Positions 29,707 to 42,322 of a stretch of 52,432 bases of DNA are shown here, piece after piece. The stretch comes from Escherichia coli. GTDB taxonomy: Bacteria; Pseudomonadota; Gammaproteobacteria; Enterobacterales; Enterobacteriaceae. Below the pieces are notes generated by a model that was given only the letters and a program-made list of their open reading frames with translations, was not told the origin of the DNA and did no database searches. The translations under genes were made by a program, and so were the position numbers. The stretch is from NCBI RefSeq assembly GCF_003334315.1, contig NZ_QOWR01000029.1; one strand, given 5' to 3'. Every line of letters starts with the position of its first letter. The first letter of the stretch is position 1.

Positions 29707-31812
29707 TTAGTGCGCGCCTTTCGCCTGCGCTACGATCTCCTCAACATTTTCCGGCATCGGCTCATACGGCGTTTCTTTCGCCGTTGGCTTCGGATCTTTC
29801 AATGCCGCAAGTGCCGTCTTAATCGAGAACAGTGCCAGAACCACCACGACCACCATAAAGAAGATGGTTAACCCGGCATCCAGACGGTTATTGAACACCA
29901 GTTGCGCCAGCTGTGACTCAGTATACTGCGACGGAATATTGCCGCTGTCGATCATTGCCTGGAACTTATTAGCAATGGCCAGGAAGCCGACTTTCGCATC
30001 CGGGCTAAACGCTTTCTGCCAGCCTGCGGTCAGGGTACAAATCAGCAGCCAGGCCGTTGGTACCAGCGCCACCCAGGCGTAACGTTGACGTTTCATCTTG
30101 AACAACACCACGGCACAGAGCATCAGTGCCATCCCTGCCAGCATCTGGTTGGCAATACCAAACAGCGGCCACAGAGTGTTAATACCGCCCAGCGGATCGA
30201 CCACGCCCTGATGGAGGAAGTAGCCCCACGCCAGTACGCACAGCGCTGTTGCCAGCAGGTTAGCAGGCAGTGAATCGGTCCGCTTCAGGCCAGGAGACAC
30301 CACGCCCAGCAGATCCTGCAACATAAAGCGCGCAGCACGCGTACCCGCATCTACCGCCGTCAGAATAAACAGAGCTTCAAACAGAATGGCGAAGTGATAC
30401 CAGAACGCCACATCCATCATACCACCCAGCGCACCGTGCAGGATGTAAGCCATCCCCACCGCCAGCGTCGGCGCACCGCCCGCACGGGAAATGATCGACT
30501 GTTCACCCACTTCGCTGGCAATCTGGTTGAGCGTATCTGGTGTAATGCTAAAGCCCCAGCTACTCACCACCTGCGCGGCAGAAGCGACTACATCCGCCGT
30601 CCCTGCCGGAGCCAGTACCGCCATTGGGCTGTTCATGGCAAAATACACGCCCGGATCGATGATACAGGCAGAAACCAGCGCCATAATCGCCACGAAGGAT
30701 TCCATCAACATCCCACCGTAGCCGATAAAGCACGCCTGCCCTTCGTTCGCCAGCATCTTCGGCGTGGTGCCGGAAGAGATCAGCGCATGGAAGCCAGACA
30801 CCGCACCACAGGCGATGGTGATAAACAGGAACGGGAACAGGTTACCGGTCCATACCGGGCCAGTGCCATCGACAAATTTGGTCAGCGCAGGCATGGTCAG
30901 CGTCGGGCGCATAATCAAAATGCCTACCGCCAGACCGACGATAGTCCCGATTTTCAGGAAGGTCGAGAGATAGTCACGCGGGGCCAGCAGCAACCACACC
31001 GGCAGCACCGCCGCCACAAAACCGTAGCCCACCAGCATCCAGGTCAGCTGCACGCCGGTAAAGTCAAAGTACGGTGCCCAGGTCGGACTTTCTGCCACCC
31101 AGCCGCCAGAGATAATGGCGAAAATCAGGAACACCAGGCCAATCACTGACACTTCGCCAATGCGGCCCGGACGCAGATAGCGCAGGTAGATTCCCATAAA
31201 AATCGCCAGCGGAATGGTGAACGCAACGGTATACGTTCCCCACGGGCTATGAGTCAGGGCTTTCACCACGATCATCGCCAGTACTGCAAGGATAATGACC
31301 ATGATCATAAAGCAGGCTACCAGCGCAATCACCCCGGCAGTTGGCCCCATCTCTTCTTTGACCAGCTCACCCAGCGATCGACCGTCACGGCGCGTAGAAA
31401 CAAACAGCACCATGAAATCCTGCACCGCACCAGCGAGAACCACCCCGGCGAGCAGCCAGATCATCCCTGGCAGGTAACCCATTTGCGCCGCCAGTACCGG
31501 CCCAACCAACGGACCTGCTCCGGCAATGGCCGCAAAATGGTGACCGAACAGCACTTTCTTGTCCGTCGGCACATAGTCCAGCCCGTCGTTATGGCGCACC
31601 GCTGGCGTCATACGCGTCGGGTCAACCGCCAGCACATTTTTGGCGATATACAGCCCATAAAAACGGTAAGCGATCAGATAGATACAGACCGACGCCACCA
31701 CAATCCACAGCGCGTTGATCTGTTCCCCACGATTTAAAGCAATGTATCCCAGAGCAAATGCTCCCATTACAGAGAGCACTGTCCAGACGAGGTATTTCCC
31801 TGATTTGTTCAT
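29707..31812 (-). CDS. cstA: Carbon starvation protein A (peptide/pyruvate transporter)
   Basis: 701 aa polytopic membrane protein. Matches recalled CstA. Confidence 0.95.
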   Translation of the reverse strand: MNKSGKYLVWTVLSVMGAFALGYIALNRGEQINALWIVVASVCIYLIAYRFYGLYIAKNVLAVDPTRMTPAVRHNDGLDYVPTDKKVLFGHHFAAIAGAGPLVGPVLAAQMGYLPGMIWLLAGVVLAGAVQDFMVLFVSTRRDGRSLGELVKEEMGPTAGVIALVACFMIMVIILAVLAMIVVKALTHSPWGTYTVAFTIPLAIFMGIYLRYLRPGRIGEVSVIGLVFLIFAIISGGWVAESPTWAPYFDFTGVQLTWMLVGYGFVAAVLPVWLLLAPRDYLSTFLKIGTIVGLAVGILIMRPTLTMPALTKFVDGTGPVWTGNLFPFLFITIACGAVSGFHALISSGTTPKMLANEGQACFIGYGGMLMESFVAIMALVSACIIDPGVYFAMNSPMAVLAPAGTADVVASAAQVVSSWGFSITPDTLNQIASEVGEQSIISRAGGAPTLAVGMAYILHGALGGMMDVAFWYHFAILFEALFILTAVDAGTRAARFMLQDLLGVVSPGLKRTDSLPANLLATALCVLAWGYFLHQGVVDPLGGINTLWPLFGIANQMLAGMALMLCAVVLFKMKRQRYAWVALVPTAWLLICTLTAGWQKAFSPDAKVGFLAIANKFQAMIDSGNIPSQYTESQLAQLVFNNRLDAGLTIFFMVVVVVLALFSIKTALAALKDPKPTAKETPYEPMPENVEEIVAQAKGAH

Positions 31813-31932
31813 AGTTGTTATCCGTGTGCGTGTCCATAGAGATGTTACATTTTGTTTCTATAACATCTTTGTACGATTTAACAACACGGTAACCATGTAA
31901 ATCGGAGTTGAAACCAATATTTAACTTAACAA

Positions 31933-31948
31933 TGTTAACTCGATCACT
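31933..31948 (-). promoter_or_regulatory. Candidate CRP site upstream of cstA
   Basis: TGTtA-actcga-TCACt matches 8/10 core positions, 128 bp upstream of the cstA ATG. cstA is known to depend on cAMP-CRP. Confidence 0.3.
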
Positions 31949-31992
31949 CCGTTAACCGAGTTTTCCTGCAATCTCATTTAATTCTGTCGGGC

Positions 31993-33154
<1,162 letters not shown>

Positions 33155-33155
<1 letters not shown>

Positions 33156-34012
33156 TATTTCACCTCGCGGGAGAGTAGCTTCCACCATGCGTCGATGGTC
33201 GGGTTTTTCGCCAGCATGACAAAGTCGATATCGCCATGCACTTTGCGCCAGCGCGCCGCCAGCGCCATCATGCGCACCGAATCCAGACCGTAGTCGATCA
33301 GGTTGTCGTCATCGAACGGTTCATCGGACTCGTCCAGCAACGGCAGGATCACCTCACGCAGCGCCGCTTTGCTGGCGGGGATAGGTGCTGGCAGCAATTC
33401 TTCGGTCATCACCACCCGGCCAGAACGTCCGGCCACATATTTCAGCGACATCAAATGCTCGTCACGGCTGAAATCGGCCAGCGCATCTGCCACCATAAAC
33501 GGTTTAATATCGCGCATAAATGCGTCGGTTGCGGTGGTCATACAACCAATGTGGGCATATACCCCGGTAATAATCAGCTGGTTACGTCCACTCTCTTTGA
33601 GCATTTGCTCCAGCGGAGAACGATGAAACGCGCTGTAGCGCCACTTCACCAGCACCGTGTCGTCGGCATCTGGCGTCAGGCGATCCACCACCTTTTGCTG
33701 TTCCGGCGAACGGGTCAGGCCTGGCCCCCACATATCATTCAACAGCGCCCGATCTTCATCGCTCTGCTCTTTCGGCTGGGCGGTGTAATAAACCGGGATA
33801 TTGTGCTGTTTGCAGTAGTCGCGTAGTGCCGCAATATTCGCGATCACTTGCTCCATCATCGGGCAGTTCTCGCCCCAGAAGCTGACAAAATAGTCCTGCA
33901 TATCATGGATTAACAACGCGGCACGTTGCGGTTCAAAGGCCCAGTCGACTTTATTCTGCGGAATATCGTGAGACTTCGGCAGTGCGTAAGCCTGTAATTT
34001 TGGAATAGCCAT
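33155..34012 (-). CDS. entB: Isochorismatase / aryl carrier protein
   Basis: 285 aa. Isochorismatase domain plus C-terminal ArCP with DYGLDSVRMM serine. Confidence 0.96.
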
Positions 34013-34025
34013 CGTGTTCTCTCCT

Positions 34026-35636
34026 TCAGGCTGATGCGCGTGACGCCAGCCACTGACGTAATTGTTTTTTATCGACTTTCCCGACCGCCGTCAGCGGAAG
34101 TGAATCCACACACTCCACGCGATCCGGTAATTTAAATTCGGCAATACCCTGTTCACGCAGGAAACGACGCACCTGCACCGCGCGCAGCGGCTCTTTTACC
34201 ACCAGATAAGCACAGCTTTTTTCGCCCATCAGCTCATCTTCCATGCTCACCAGTGCGGCATAGATCACCGCCGGATGGCGCAGCAGCAGGTTTTCGATCT
34301 CTTCGGCAGCGATCTTCTCGCCGCCACGGTTGATCTGATCTTTCTCGCGCCCCTGCACGGTGATGTAACCCTCTGGATCAATAGAGATCAGATCGCCGGA
34401 ACAGTAAAAACCGTTGGCATCAAAGGCACTGGCATTGTGCTGCGGACTTTTGTAATAACCGCGGAAGGTGTACGGCCCGCGCGTCATCAGGCGTCCAACT
34501 TCCCCTTGCGGCAGTGGATTTCCTTCAGCATCAGCAACCCATACTTCATCGTCCGGACACATTGGGTAACCCTGGGTATGGATAATTTTCTCCGCGCTAT
34601 CATCAAGTCGGGTGTAGTTCACCAGCCCTTCCGCCATGCCAAACACCTGCTGCAACAGGCAGCCAATCTCAGCGGGAATACGCGCCGCAAGGGTGGCTGA
34701 AAGACGTGCGCCGCCGACCTGTAACAGTTTCAGCGAGGCAAGCTGCGCCCGGCTTTCACCTTCGGTCAGCGCCTGCAACCACAGGCTGACTGCCGGTGGC
34801 ACCAGCGCGGTGACGTTCACCTGATGTTTTTCAATCAATGGGAAGCAAAGCGTGGCGCTGGGATCGGCCGCCAGAACAACCGTTCCTCCGGCAAGAAAGA
34901 CGCCCAGCGATCCCGGCGAACTCATGGCGTAGTTATGAGCCGCCGGGATCGCGCACAGGTAGCGTGTCTGTTGTGTGAACTGACAAATCTCGACGCTACG
35001 ACGCACGCTGTAGTAGTAGTCGTTATGAGTGCGCGGGATCAGTTTCGGTGTGCCGGTGGTGCCGCCGGAAAGCTGGAAATAGGCCACTTCATCAGCAGGT
35101 GATGGCGTGGCAGTAAAATCCTCAGCCGGATGGTTAATCGCATCCTGCAAGTTATGCTCACCGCTGTCGTTGTGCAGTTGCACCACGCGAATGGAGGAAT
35201 GTTCTGTGACGAAAGTATTGAGGAAATCATCCCCGCTAAACAGCGCATGTTGGCGATCGGCAATCAGCAATGCGGGTTCAATCTGGCTGGCATAGGCGTT
35301 CAGTTCACTACGCTGATGGCTGAACAGCGCCAGCACCGGCGCAACGCCCAGTTTCAGCAGCGCGAAAAAGGTAATATACAATTCAGCGACGTTACCCAGT
35401 TGTACCAGCGCGGTTTCACCAGGTTTAATGCCCTGACGGCGTAAACTACACGCGAGGTTATCCGCCGCCTGATTCAGCTCCCGGTAACTCAACTGTCGCT
35501 CGCCGTCGATAACCGCGATGCTGTCACTCGCAGCGTGGCGAGTCAGAATGTCGGTCAGCGGCAAATCCTGCCAGTAGCCTTTTTCCCGATAGCGACGGGC
35601 AAACTCTTCCGGCCAGCGGGTGAATGGAATGCTCAT
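34026..35636 (-). CDS. entE: 2,3-dihydroxybenzoate-AMP ligase
   Basis: 536 aa adenylating enzyme. SGGTTGTPK core motif. Confidence 0.96.
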   Translation of the reverse strand: MSIPFTRWPEEFARRYREKGYWQDLPLTDILTRHAASDSIAVIDGERQLSYRELNQAADNLACSLRRQGIKPGETALVQLGNVAELYITFFALLKLGVAPVLALFSHQRSELNAYASQIEPALLIADRQHALFSGDDFLNTFVTEHSSIRVVQLHNDSGEHNLQDAINHPAEDFTATPSPADEVAYFQLSGGTTGTPKLIPRTHNDYYYSVRRSVEICQFTQQTRYLCAIPAAHNYAMSSPGSLGVFLAGGTVVLAADPSATLCFPLIEKHQVNVTALVPPAVSLWLQALTEGESRAQLASLKLLQVGGARLSATLAARIPAEIGCLLQQVFGMAEGLVNYTRLDDSAEKIIHTQGYPMCPDDEVWVADAEGNPLPQGEVGRLMTRGPYTFRGYYKSPQHNASAFDANGFYCSGDLISIDPEGYITVQGREKDQINRGGEKIAAEEIENLLLRHPAVIYAALVSMEDELMGEKSCAYLVVKEPLRAVQVRRFLREQGIAEFKLPDRVECVDSLPLTAVGKVDKKQLRQWLASRASA

Positions 35637-35645
35637 CCTCGCTCC

Positions 35646-36821
35646 TTAATGCAATCCAAAAACGTTCAACATGGTAGAAAGTTTGACGCCTGTTTCGCGC
35701 CACTCACCCAACGGTGACGACGCAGGCACAATCCCCGCTCCGGCAAACAGACGCACCTGATTTTCCCGCAGCTTCGCGCAGCGGATGGTCACCACCCATT
35801 CGCCGTTACCTTCGCTGTCACACCAACCCACAATGCCGCCAAACAGTTCGCGGTCGAATGGCTCCAGTTCAGCAATAACCTGGGTCGCGGCCTGATGCGG
35901 GAAACCGCTCAGCGCGGGGGTTGGATGCAGCAGACAGGCCAGAGTCAGTGCGTTTTCTTGCGAATTCGCTTTACCTTCAAAGGGAGTTGCGAGATGCCAC
36001 AGCGTCGGCGTGGTAATCAATTGTGGAGAGGAGGGAACGTGTAACTCACTACTGCGTTCGCGCAGTACCTCTTTCATCGCCTGAGTCACCAGTTCATGTT
36101 CATGGCGATCTTTTTCTGACGCCAGCAGACGATTACCCGCTTCGCGATCGAGCACTTCATCCGGCTGACGACGCGCGGAACCGGCTAACGGAATGGAGCT
36201 AAAACGCTCGCCGTCTTTACGTAGCAGCAGTTCCGGGCTGGCCCCCAGCAGGACGCCACCATCAGCCAGCGGAACATGGAAGTTGTAACTAACCGGGTTT
36301 TGCGCAATCAACCGTTCCAGCAATACGCCACTATCAATGGCGGCGTCAGTGGTGATATCAATCAACCGTGACAACACCACTTTGTCGACCTGCGGCGTGG
36401 CGGTAAGTGCGGCGGCGCGGGCAACCATCTGTTCAAACGTGGTTTGCTCCGGAATTGCCTGGCGTTCCACCACATTCAGCGACTGGCTGCGGGTGAAACG
36501 GCGTGCGGAAGCTTGTTTTTCCTGACGGGAGAACGACTGCCAGGATTCAGGAATATACAGCGACGAAGGCTGACGTGGATCGAAGGGAATCGCCCCGACC
36601 ATCACCGGATTTTTGATGCCCTGCGCTTTGGCATCGGCAAACAGCGCGGCGAGTTTTTGCTGGAAGGGACTGTCGGGCGAATCCCCGTTCACAGCCGGTT
36701 CATCGAAGCGGGCGAAACATCCTGACGTCGTAAAACTGCGGTACGGCGACATAAAGAAAAAGCGATTGGGCGCAAGTGTTGCCATGGTCTGCTGTACTTC
36801 CTCAGCCAGTGACGTATCCAT
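35646..36821 (-). CDS. entC: Isochorismate synthase
   Basis: 391 aa from [16 protein letters not shown]. Chorismate-binding family. The 4-codon extension was rejected. Confidence 0.95.
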
Positions 36822-36850
36822 ATCATCCTCCACAAAATGATAAAGGCTTT

Positions 36851-36869
36851 AATAATGATTATCATTTAT
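36851..36869. promoter_or_regulatory. Fur box of the divergent entC / fepB promoters
   Basis: aataatgattatcatttat matches about 14/19 of GATAATGATAATCATTATC. Confidence 0.8.
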
Positions 36870-37027
36870 ATTTTCGGTCGCTAACCTAAAAGCAAACGCG
36901 CACTATGTCAACTCTTGAGGTAACGCAATCTGCAACTCGGGGTTGCATCTGGTTGTGGTTACAATGAAAATGAGAAGCATTATTGATGGATTCGCATAAG
37001 CGCAATGTGATGTCCTGCGCCGTTCTG

Positions 37028-37130
37028 CCCCCTCTCCCTTCCAGGGTGAGGGCTGGGGTGAGGGTTAATGTTCGCACCAGTGCTGGCTGTTCCCCTCACC
37101 CTAACCCTCTCCCCAAAGGGGCGAGGGGAC
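37028..37130. repeat. GC-rich palindromic repeats (Box C-like, copy 2 plus a related partial copy) in the fepB leader
   Basis: tcccctcaccctaaccctctccccaaaggggcgaggggac at 37091-37130, plus ccccctctcccttccagggtgagggctggggtgaggg at 37028-37065. The arms can pair over long range. Confidence 0.7.
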
Positions 37131-37195
37131 GGATTGTGCGCTTTGTCGAATTTGTCATTACGCCCTTAACCTTATTAATAACAGGAAGCTGATTT

Positions 37196-38152
37196 GTGAG
37201 ACTCGCCCCGCTCTACCGCGACGCCCTTCTATTAACAGGACTTTTGCTTTCAGGAATAGCCGCAGTTCAGGCCGCTGACTGGCCGCGTCAGATTACTGAC
37301 AGCCGTGGCACACATACACTGGAAAGCCAGCCGCAGCGTATTGTTTCCACCAGCGTCACCCTGACCGGCTCACTGCTGGCGATTGATGCTCCGGTGATCG
37401 CCAGCGGCGCGACCACGCCGAATAACCGCGTCGCGGATGACCAGGGCTTTTTACGCCAGTGGAGCAAGGTGGCGAAAGAACGCAAACTGCAACGGCTCTA
37501 TATCGGCGAACCGAGCGCCGAAGCCGTTGCCGCGCAAATGCCGGATCTGATTTTAATTAGCGCAACCGGCGGGGATTCGGCGCTGGCACTGTATGATCAG
37601 CTTTCCACCATCGCCCCGACATTAATCATCAATTACGACGACAAAAGCTGGCAGTCGCTGTTAACGCAACTTGGCGAAATTACCGGGCATGAGAAACAAG
37701 CGGCAGAGCGGATTGCGCAGTTTGATAAGCAACTGGCGGCGGCGAAAGAGCAAATCAAATTACCGCCGCAGCCGGTCACTGCCATTGTCTATACTGCCGC
37801 TGCACACAGTGCCAATCTCTGGACGCCAGAATCAGCACAAGGGCAGATGCTGGAACAACTCGGCTTTACGCTGGCGAAGTTACCCGCAGGGTTAAATGCC
37901 AGCCAAAGTCAGGGTAAACGCCATGACATCATTCAGCTTGGTGGGGAAAATCTGGCTGCAGGGTTAAATGGCGAGTCACTATTCCTGTTCGCCGGTGATC
38001 AGAAAGATGCCGATGCTATTTATGCTAATCCGCTGCTCGCGCACCTGCCTGCAGTACAAAACAAGCAGGTTTATGCGCTGGGAACCGAGACGTTCCGTCT
38101 GGATTACTACAGCGCCATGCAAGTGCAGGATAGGCTTAAGGCGCTGTTTTAA
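37196..38152 (+). CDS. fepB: Periplasmic ferric-enterobactin binding protein
   Basis: 318 aa with GTG start. Signal peptide ...[12 protein letters not shown]. Matches recalled FepB. Confidence 0.94.
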   Translation: MRLAPLYRDALLLTGLLLSGIAAVQAADWPRQITDSRGTHTLESQPQRIVSTSVTLTGSLLAIDAPVIASGATTPNNRVADDQGFLRQWSKVAKERKLQRLYIGEPSAEAVAAQMPDLILISATGGDSALALYDQLSTIAPTLIINYDDKSWQSLLTQLGEITGHEKQAAERIAQFDKQLAAAKEQIKLPPQPVTAIVYTAAAHSANLWTPESAQGQMLEQLGFTLAKLPAGLNASQSQGKRHDIIQLGGENLAAGLNGESLFLFAGDQKDADAIYANPLLAHLPAVQNKQVYALGTETFRLDYYSAMQVQDRLKALF

Positions 38153-38155
38153 GCA

Positions 38156-39406
38156 TTAACTGTCGGACGCTGTCACCTGCGGCGGCGTCTGGCGAAAATG
38201 TCGCAACTCCACCAGCACCAGCAATAACAACACGCCGATAATCAACAAACCAAAACCGCTCGCGCTTGCGGAAGCAACCGGTGTCATCATCGCGCCCAAA
38301 CCACCCAGCAGCGCCGCGCCTATGGCATCGCCCGTCACGTTCTGCGCCGTCCACAAACCGTTAATCCGCCCTAACATCGCTTCCGGGGTTTGCGTTTGCA
38401 GCATTGTGTATTGCAGCAACGAGCTGACCGCACTCAACCAGCCGAACAGCGCCAGACAAACCACGCCTAAAATCCACATCGGCATCAGGCCAAACAGACC
38501 AATGGCGAGGAACGATCCCAGCGTGGAGAGCAGCATCAATAACCCTGGTCGCGCACTATGTGCCAGCTTCCCGCTGGTTAACGCACCAATAGCCGCGCCG
38601 AGCGGGATCGCCGCGTAGAGAAAACCAATCTGTGCCGCTGACATCTGCCAGTTGTCAGCCAGCGCCGGATACAGTACCCGCACCGCGCTCGCCATCGTCA
38701 ATAAACCACCCAGCAGCGCAATCCCGCCCACCAGCGGGCTGGCAAGCAGAAAACGAAATCCTGCCAGTAATGATTTCAACGGATGCTCACGCGGCTGCGG
38801 TGGCGGTGGCAACGCCGGAAGGCTTAACAACGGTAGCAAGGTAATAAACGTGCCCGCCGCCGCCAGCCCGTAGTTCCAGGCTACGCCACCGGTCGCCAGC
38901 AATAAACCGCCAATCATGGGCGAAATCACCGACCCCAGACGCACGGTCAACATGGTGATCGCCCCGGCCTGCATTAAGTTTTCACGCCCTACCAGTGCTG
39001 GTGTCGCCGCCAATAGCGCCGTAACGCCAAGCGATGCGAAAAAACCATCCCATAAACCAAGTAAATAGATTGCCAGCAATGACGGCTCCGGCAGCAGTGC
39101 ATTAAGGCACAGTCCAATGAAGCCAATGCCACAGGTGCCGCGCGCCAGCAAAATCACTTTTTTGCGCTCATAGCGATCCGCCAGCACACCGCCGACCATC
39201 AGGCCAACAAACATCGCGCCGCCGGTCAGCGTCACCGAAAGCCCCACCTGCCAGGTGGAATGTGTCATCATCTGGATCTGCACCGGCACCGCGACGCCGA
39301 GCAAACCCAGAGACACAATTGAGATGAAACGAGCGAGGAATACTGCGCGAAACGCCGGGTGCGTTTTCAACAGGCTGAGGTTAAGCAGCCAGGATTGTTT
39401 ATTCAT
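38156..39406 (-). CDS. entS: Enterobactin exporter (MFS)
   Basis: 416 aa, 12-TM MFS. Matches recalled EntS/YbdA. Its stop lies 3 nt from the fepB stop. Confidence 0.94.
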   Translation of the reverse strand: MNKQSWLLNLSLLKTHPAFRAVFLARFISIVSLGLLGVAVPVQIQMMTHSTWQVGLSVTLTGGAMFVGLMVGGVLADRYERKKVILLARGTCGIGFIGLCLNALLPEPSLLAIYLLGLWDGFFASLGVTALLAATPALVGRENLMQAGAITMLTVRLGSVISPMIGGLLLATGGVAWNYGLAAAGTFITLLPLLSLPALPPPPQPREHPLKSLLAGFRFLLASPLVGGIALLGGLLTMASAVRVLYPALADNWQMSAAQIGFLYAAIPLGAAIGALTSGKLAHSARPGLLMLLSTLGSFLAIGLFGLMPMWILGVVCLALFGWLSAVSSLLQYTMLQTQTPEAMLGRINGLWTAQNVTGDAIGAALLGGLGAMMTPVASASASGFGLLIIGVLLLLVLVELRHFRQTPPQVTASDS

Positions 39407-39479
39407 TACAATGCCTTGCCATCAAATATTTTAAATACCTATTCTTAGGCTGCACATGCTAACATATCCAAATAAGATC

Positions 39480-39504
39480 GATAACGATAATTAATTTCAT
39501 TATC
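39480..39504. promoter_or_regulatory. Fur box(es) of the divergent entS / fepD promoters
   Basis: gataacgataattaatttc matches about 15/19 of the Fur consensus and is extended by attatc. Confidence 0.8.
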
Positions 39505-39516
39505 ATGGAAGTTCGT

Positions 39517-40521
39517 ATGTCTGGTTCTGTTGCCGTGACACGCGCCATTGCCGTGCCCGGATTGCTGTTATTACTGATTATCGCGACGGCATTAAGCCTG
39601 CTCATTGGGGCAAAATCACTCCCCGCTTCCGTAGTGCTGGAGGCCTTCTCCGGCACCTGCCAGAGCGCCGACTGCACCATCGTGCTCGACGCGCGGCTGC
39701 CGCGTACCCTTGCCGGTTTACTGGCAGGCGGCGCGCTTGGCCTTGCCGGGGCGTTAATGCAAACCCTCACCCGAAACCCACTTGCCGACCCCGGCTTGCT
39801 TGGCGTGAACGCCGGAGCCAGCTTTGCCATTGTGCTGGGTGCGGCGCTGTTTGGTTACTCTTCCGCGCAGGAACAACTGGCGATGGCCTTCGCCGGGGCG
39901 CTGGTGGCCTCATTGATTGTTGCCTTTACCGGCAGTCAGGGCGGCGGGCAGTTAAGTCCGGTGCGTTTAACCCTGGCGGGCGTGGCGCTGGCGGCGGTGC
40001 TGGAAGGACTGACCAGCGGCATCGCCCTGCTTAATCCTGACGTCTACGATCAGTTGCGTTTCTGGCAAGCCGGTTCGCTGGATATTCGCAATCTACATAC
40101 CTTAAAAGTGGTGCTGATCCCGGTGCTGATCGCCGGAGCAACTGCGCTATTACTGAGTCGCGCGCTGAACAGTTTGAGCCTCGGCAGCGACACCGCGACG
40201 GCGCTGGGCAGTCGCGTGGCGCGCACACAGTTGATTGGTCTGCTGGCGATTACCGTGCTTTGTGGTAGTGCGACGGCAATAGTTGGCCCGATTGCCTTTA
40301 TTGGCCTGATGATGCCGCATATGGCGCGTTGGCTGGTGGGTGCCGATCATCGCTGGTCGCTGCCCGTCACGCTACTTGCTACCCCTGCCCTGCTGCTGTT
40401 TGCCGATATCATCGGGCGGGTGATTGTGCCCGGCGAACTGCGCGTTTCTGTGGTCAGTGCGTTTATTGGTGCACCGGTGCTGATCTTCCTCGTGCGACGT
40501 AAAACGCGAGGTGGTGCATGA
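39517..40521 (+). CDS. fepD: Ferric-enterobactin ABC permease FepD
   Basis: 334 aa from MSGSVAVTRAIAV. FecCD-family permease. Confidence 0.93.
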   Translation: MSGSVAVTRAIAVPGLLLLLIIATALSLLIGAKSLPASVVLEAFSGTCQSADCTIVLDARLPRTLAGLLAGGALGLAGALMQTLTRNPLADPGLLGVNAGASFAIVLGAALFGYSSAQEQLAMAFAGALVASLIVAFTGSQGGGQLSPVRLTLAGVALAAVLEGLTSGIALLNPDVYDQLRFWQAGSLDIRNLHTLKVVLIPVLIAGATALLLSRALNSLSLGSDTATALGSRVARTQLIGLLAITVLCGSATAIVGPIAFIGLMMPHMARWLVGADHRWSLPVTLLATPALLLFADIIGRVIVPGELRVSVVSAFIGAPVLIFLVRRKTRGGA

Positions 40522-41510
40522 TTTACGTCTCTCGCCGATTACTCATCACCTGTTTGCTGCTGGTTTCCGCCTGTGTGGTTGCAGGTATCTGGGGATTACG
40601 CAGCGGTGCCGTCACGCTGGAAACCTCGCAGGTATTCGCCGCGCTGATGGGCGATGCGCCGCGCAGTATGACGATGGTGGTCACCGAATGGCGTTTACCA
40701 CGCGTGCTGATGGCGCTGTTGATTGGCGCAGCACTGGGCGTCAGTGGCGCGATTTTTCAGTCGCTGATGCGTAACCCGCTCGGCAGCCCTGACGTAATGG
40801 GCTTTAACACCGGGGCGTGGAGCGGCGTGCTGGTGGCGATGGTGCTGTTTGGTCAGGACCTGACGGCTATCGCGCTGTCAGCAATGGTGGGCGGCATTGT
40901 CACTTCGCTGCTGGTCTGGCTGCTCGCCTGGCGCAACGGCATCGACACCTTTCGGTTGATTATTATCGGTATCGGCGTTCGCGCCATGCTGGTGGCCTTT
41001 AATACCTGGCTGTTGCTGAAAGCGTCTTTAGAAACGGCGCTAACAGCAGGTTTGTGGAATGCCGGATCGCTCAACGGCCTGACGTGGGCAAAAACCTCGC
41101 CTTCCGCACCCATCATTATATTGATGCTCATTGCCGCCGCCTTACTGGTACGCCGGATGCGCTTGCTGGAAATGGGCGATGATACCGCGTGTGCGCTGGG
41201 CGTCAGCGTCGAACGTTCGCGTCTGTTAATGATGCTGGTTGCAGTGGTGCTTACCGCTGCGGCAACAGCGCTTGCCGGGCCGATTTCCTTTATTGCTTTA
41301 GTCGCACCGCACATTGCCCGACGCATTAGCGGCACCGCTCGCTGGGGGCTAACCCAGGCGGCGCTATGCGGGGCGCTGTTACTGCTGGCGGCCGATCTCT
41401 GCGCCCAACAACTGTTTATGCCGTATCAACTTCCGGTTGGCGTCGTTACCGTCAGCCTCGGCGGTATTTACCTTATCGTCTTGTTAATTCAGGAGTCTCG
41501 CAAAAAATGA
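40518..41510 (+). CDS. fepG: Ferric-enterobactin ABC permease FepG
   Basis: 330 aa FecCD-family permease. ATGA overlap with the fepD stop. Confidence 0.94.
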   Translation: MIYVSRRLLITCLLLVSACVVAGIWGLRSGAVTLETSQVFAALMGDAPRSMTMVVTEWRLPRVLMALLIGAALGVSGAIFQSLMRNPLGSPDVMGFNTGAWSGVLVAMVLFGQDLTAIALSAMVGGIVTSLLVWLLAWRNGIDTFRLIIIGIGVRAMLVAFNTWLLLKASLETALTAGLWNAGSLNGLTWAKTSPSAPIIILMLIAAALLVRRMRLLEMGDDTACALGVSVERSRLLMMLVAVVLTAAATALAGPISFIALVAPHIARRISGTARWGLTQAALCGALLLLAADLCAQQLFMPYQLPVGVVTVSLGGIYLIVLLIQESRKK

Positions 41511-42322
41511 CCGAATCAGTAGCCCGTTTGCGCGGCGAACAGTTAACCCTGGGATATGGCAAATATACCGTTGCGGAAAATCTGACTGTAGAAATACCTG
41601 ATGGTCACTTCACGGCAATTATCGGGCCAAATGGCTGCGGTAAATCCACGTTACTGCGTACCTTAAGCCGCCTGATGACGCCTGCTCATGGGCATGTCTG
41701 GCTGGATGGCGAGCACATTCAACATTACGCCAGTAAAGAGGTTGCACGCCGGATTGGTCTGTTGGCGCAAAATGCTACCACGCCGGGCGATATCACCGTG
41801 CAGGAGCTGGTGGCGCGTGGACGTTATCCGCATCAACCGCTGTTTACCCGCTGGCGCAAAGAGGATGAAGAAGCGGTAACGAAAGCAATGCAGGCCACGG
41901 GAATAACTCATCTGGCAGATCAAAGCGTGGATACCCTTTCTGGCGGACAACGCCAGCGAGCGTGGATCGCGATGGTGCTGGCCCAGGAAACGGCAATTAT
42001 GCTGCTCGACGAACCCACGACCTGGCTGGATATCAGTCATCAGATTGATTTGCTGGAGTTGTTAAGCGAACTGAACCGCGAAAAAGGCTATACCCTGGCG
42101 GCGGTGCTGCACGATCTTAATCAGGCCTGTCGTTACGCCAGCCATTTGATTGCATTGCGGGAAGGGAAAATTGTTGCTCAGGGAGCGCCGAAGGAGATTG
42201 TCACTGCTGAACTGATTGAGCGCATTTATGGTCTGCGCTGCATGATCATTGACGATCCAGTTGCCGGAACGCCGCTTGTGGTGCCGCTCGGACGAACGGC
42301 ACCTTCAACCGCAAATAGTTAA
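41507..42322 (+). CDS. fepC: Ferric-enterobactin ABC ATPase FepC
   Basis: 271 aa from MTESVARLRGEQ. Walker A GPNGCGKST, signature LSGGQRQR, Walker B LLLDEP. ATGA overlap with the fepG stop. Confidence 0.95.
   Translation: MTESVARLRGEQLTLGYGKYTVAENLTVEIPDGHFTAIIGPNGCGKSTLLRTLSRLMTPAHGHVWLDGEHIQHYASKEVARRIGLLAQNATTPGDITVQELVARGRYPHQPLFTRWRKEDEEAVTKAMQATGITHLADQSVDTLSGGQRQRAWIAMVLAQETAIMLLDEPTTWLDISHQIDLLELLSELNREKGYTLAAVLHDLNQACRYASHLIALREGKIVAQGAPKEIVTAELIERIYGLRCMIIDDPVAGTPLVVPLGRTAPSTANS

Noticed and set aside
39900-41813. A cluster of five Chi sequences (GCTGGTGG) on the plus strand within fepD/fepG/fepC, at 39900, 40332, 40829, 40987 and 41806.
   Set aside because: All five occur in frame as ...CTG GTG G.. 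(Leu-Val) in Leu/Val-rich proteins, four of them in the FepD/FepG membrane permeases and one in the FepC ATPase. Codon and amino-acid composition explains the density. There is no independent sign of a recombination-related element.
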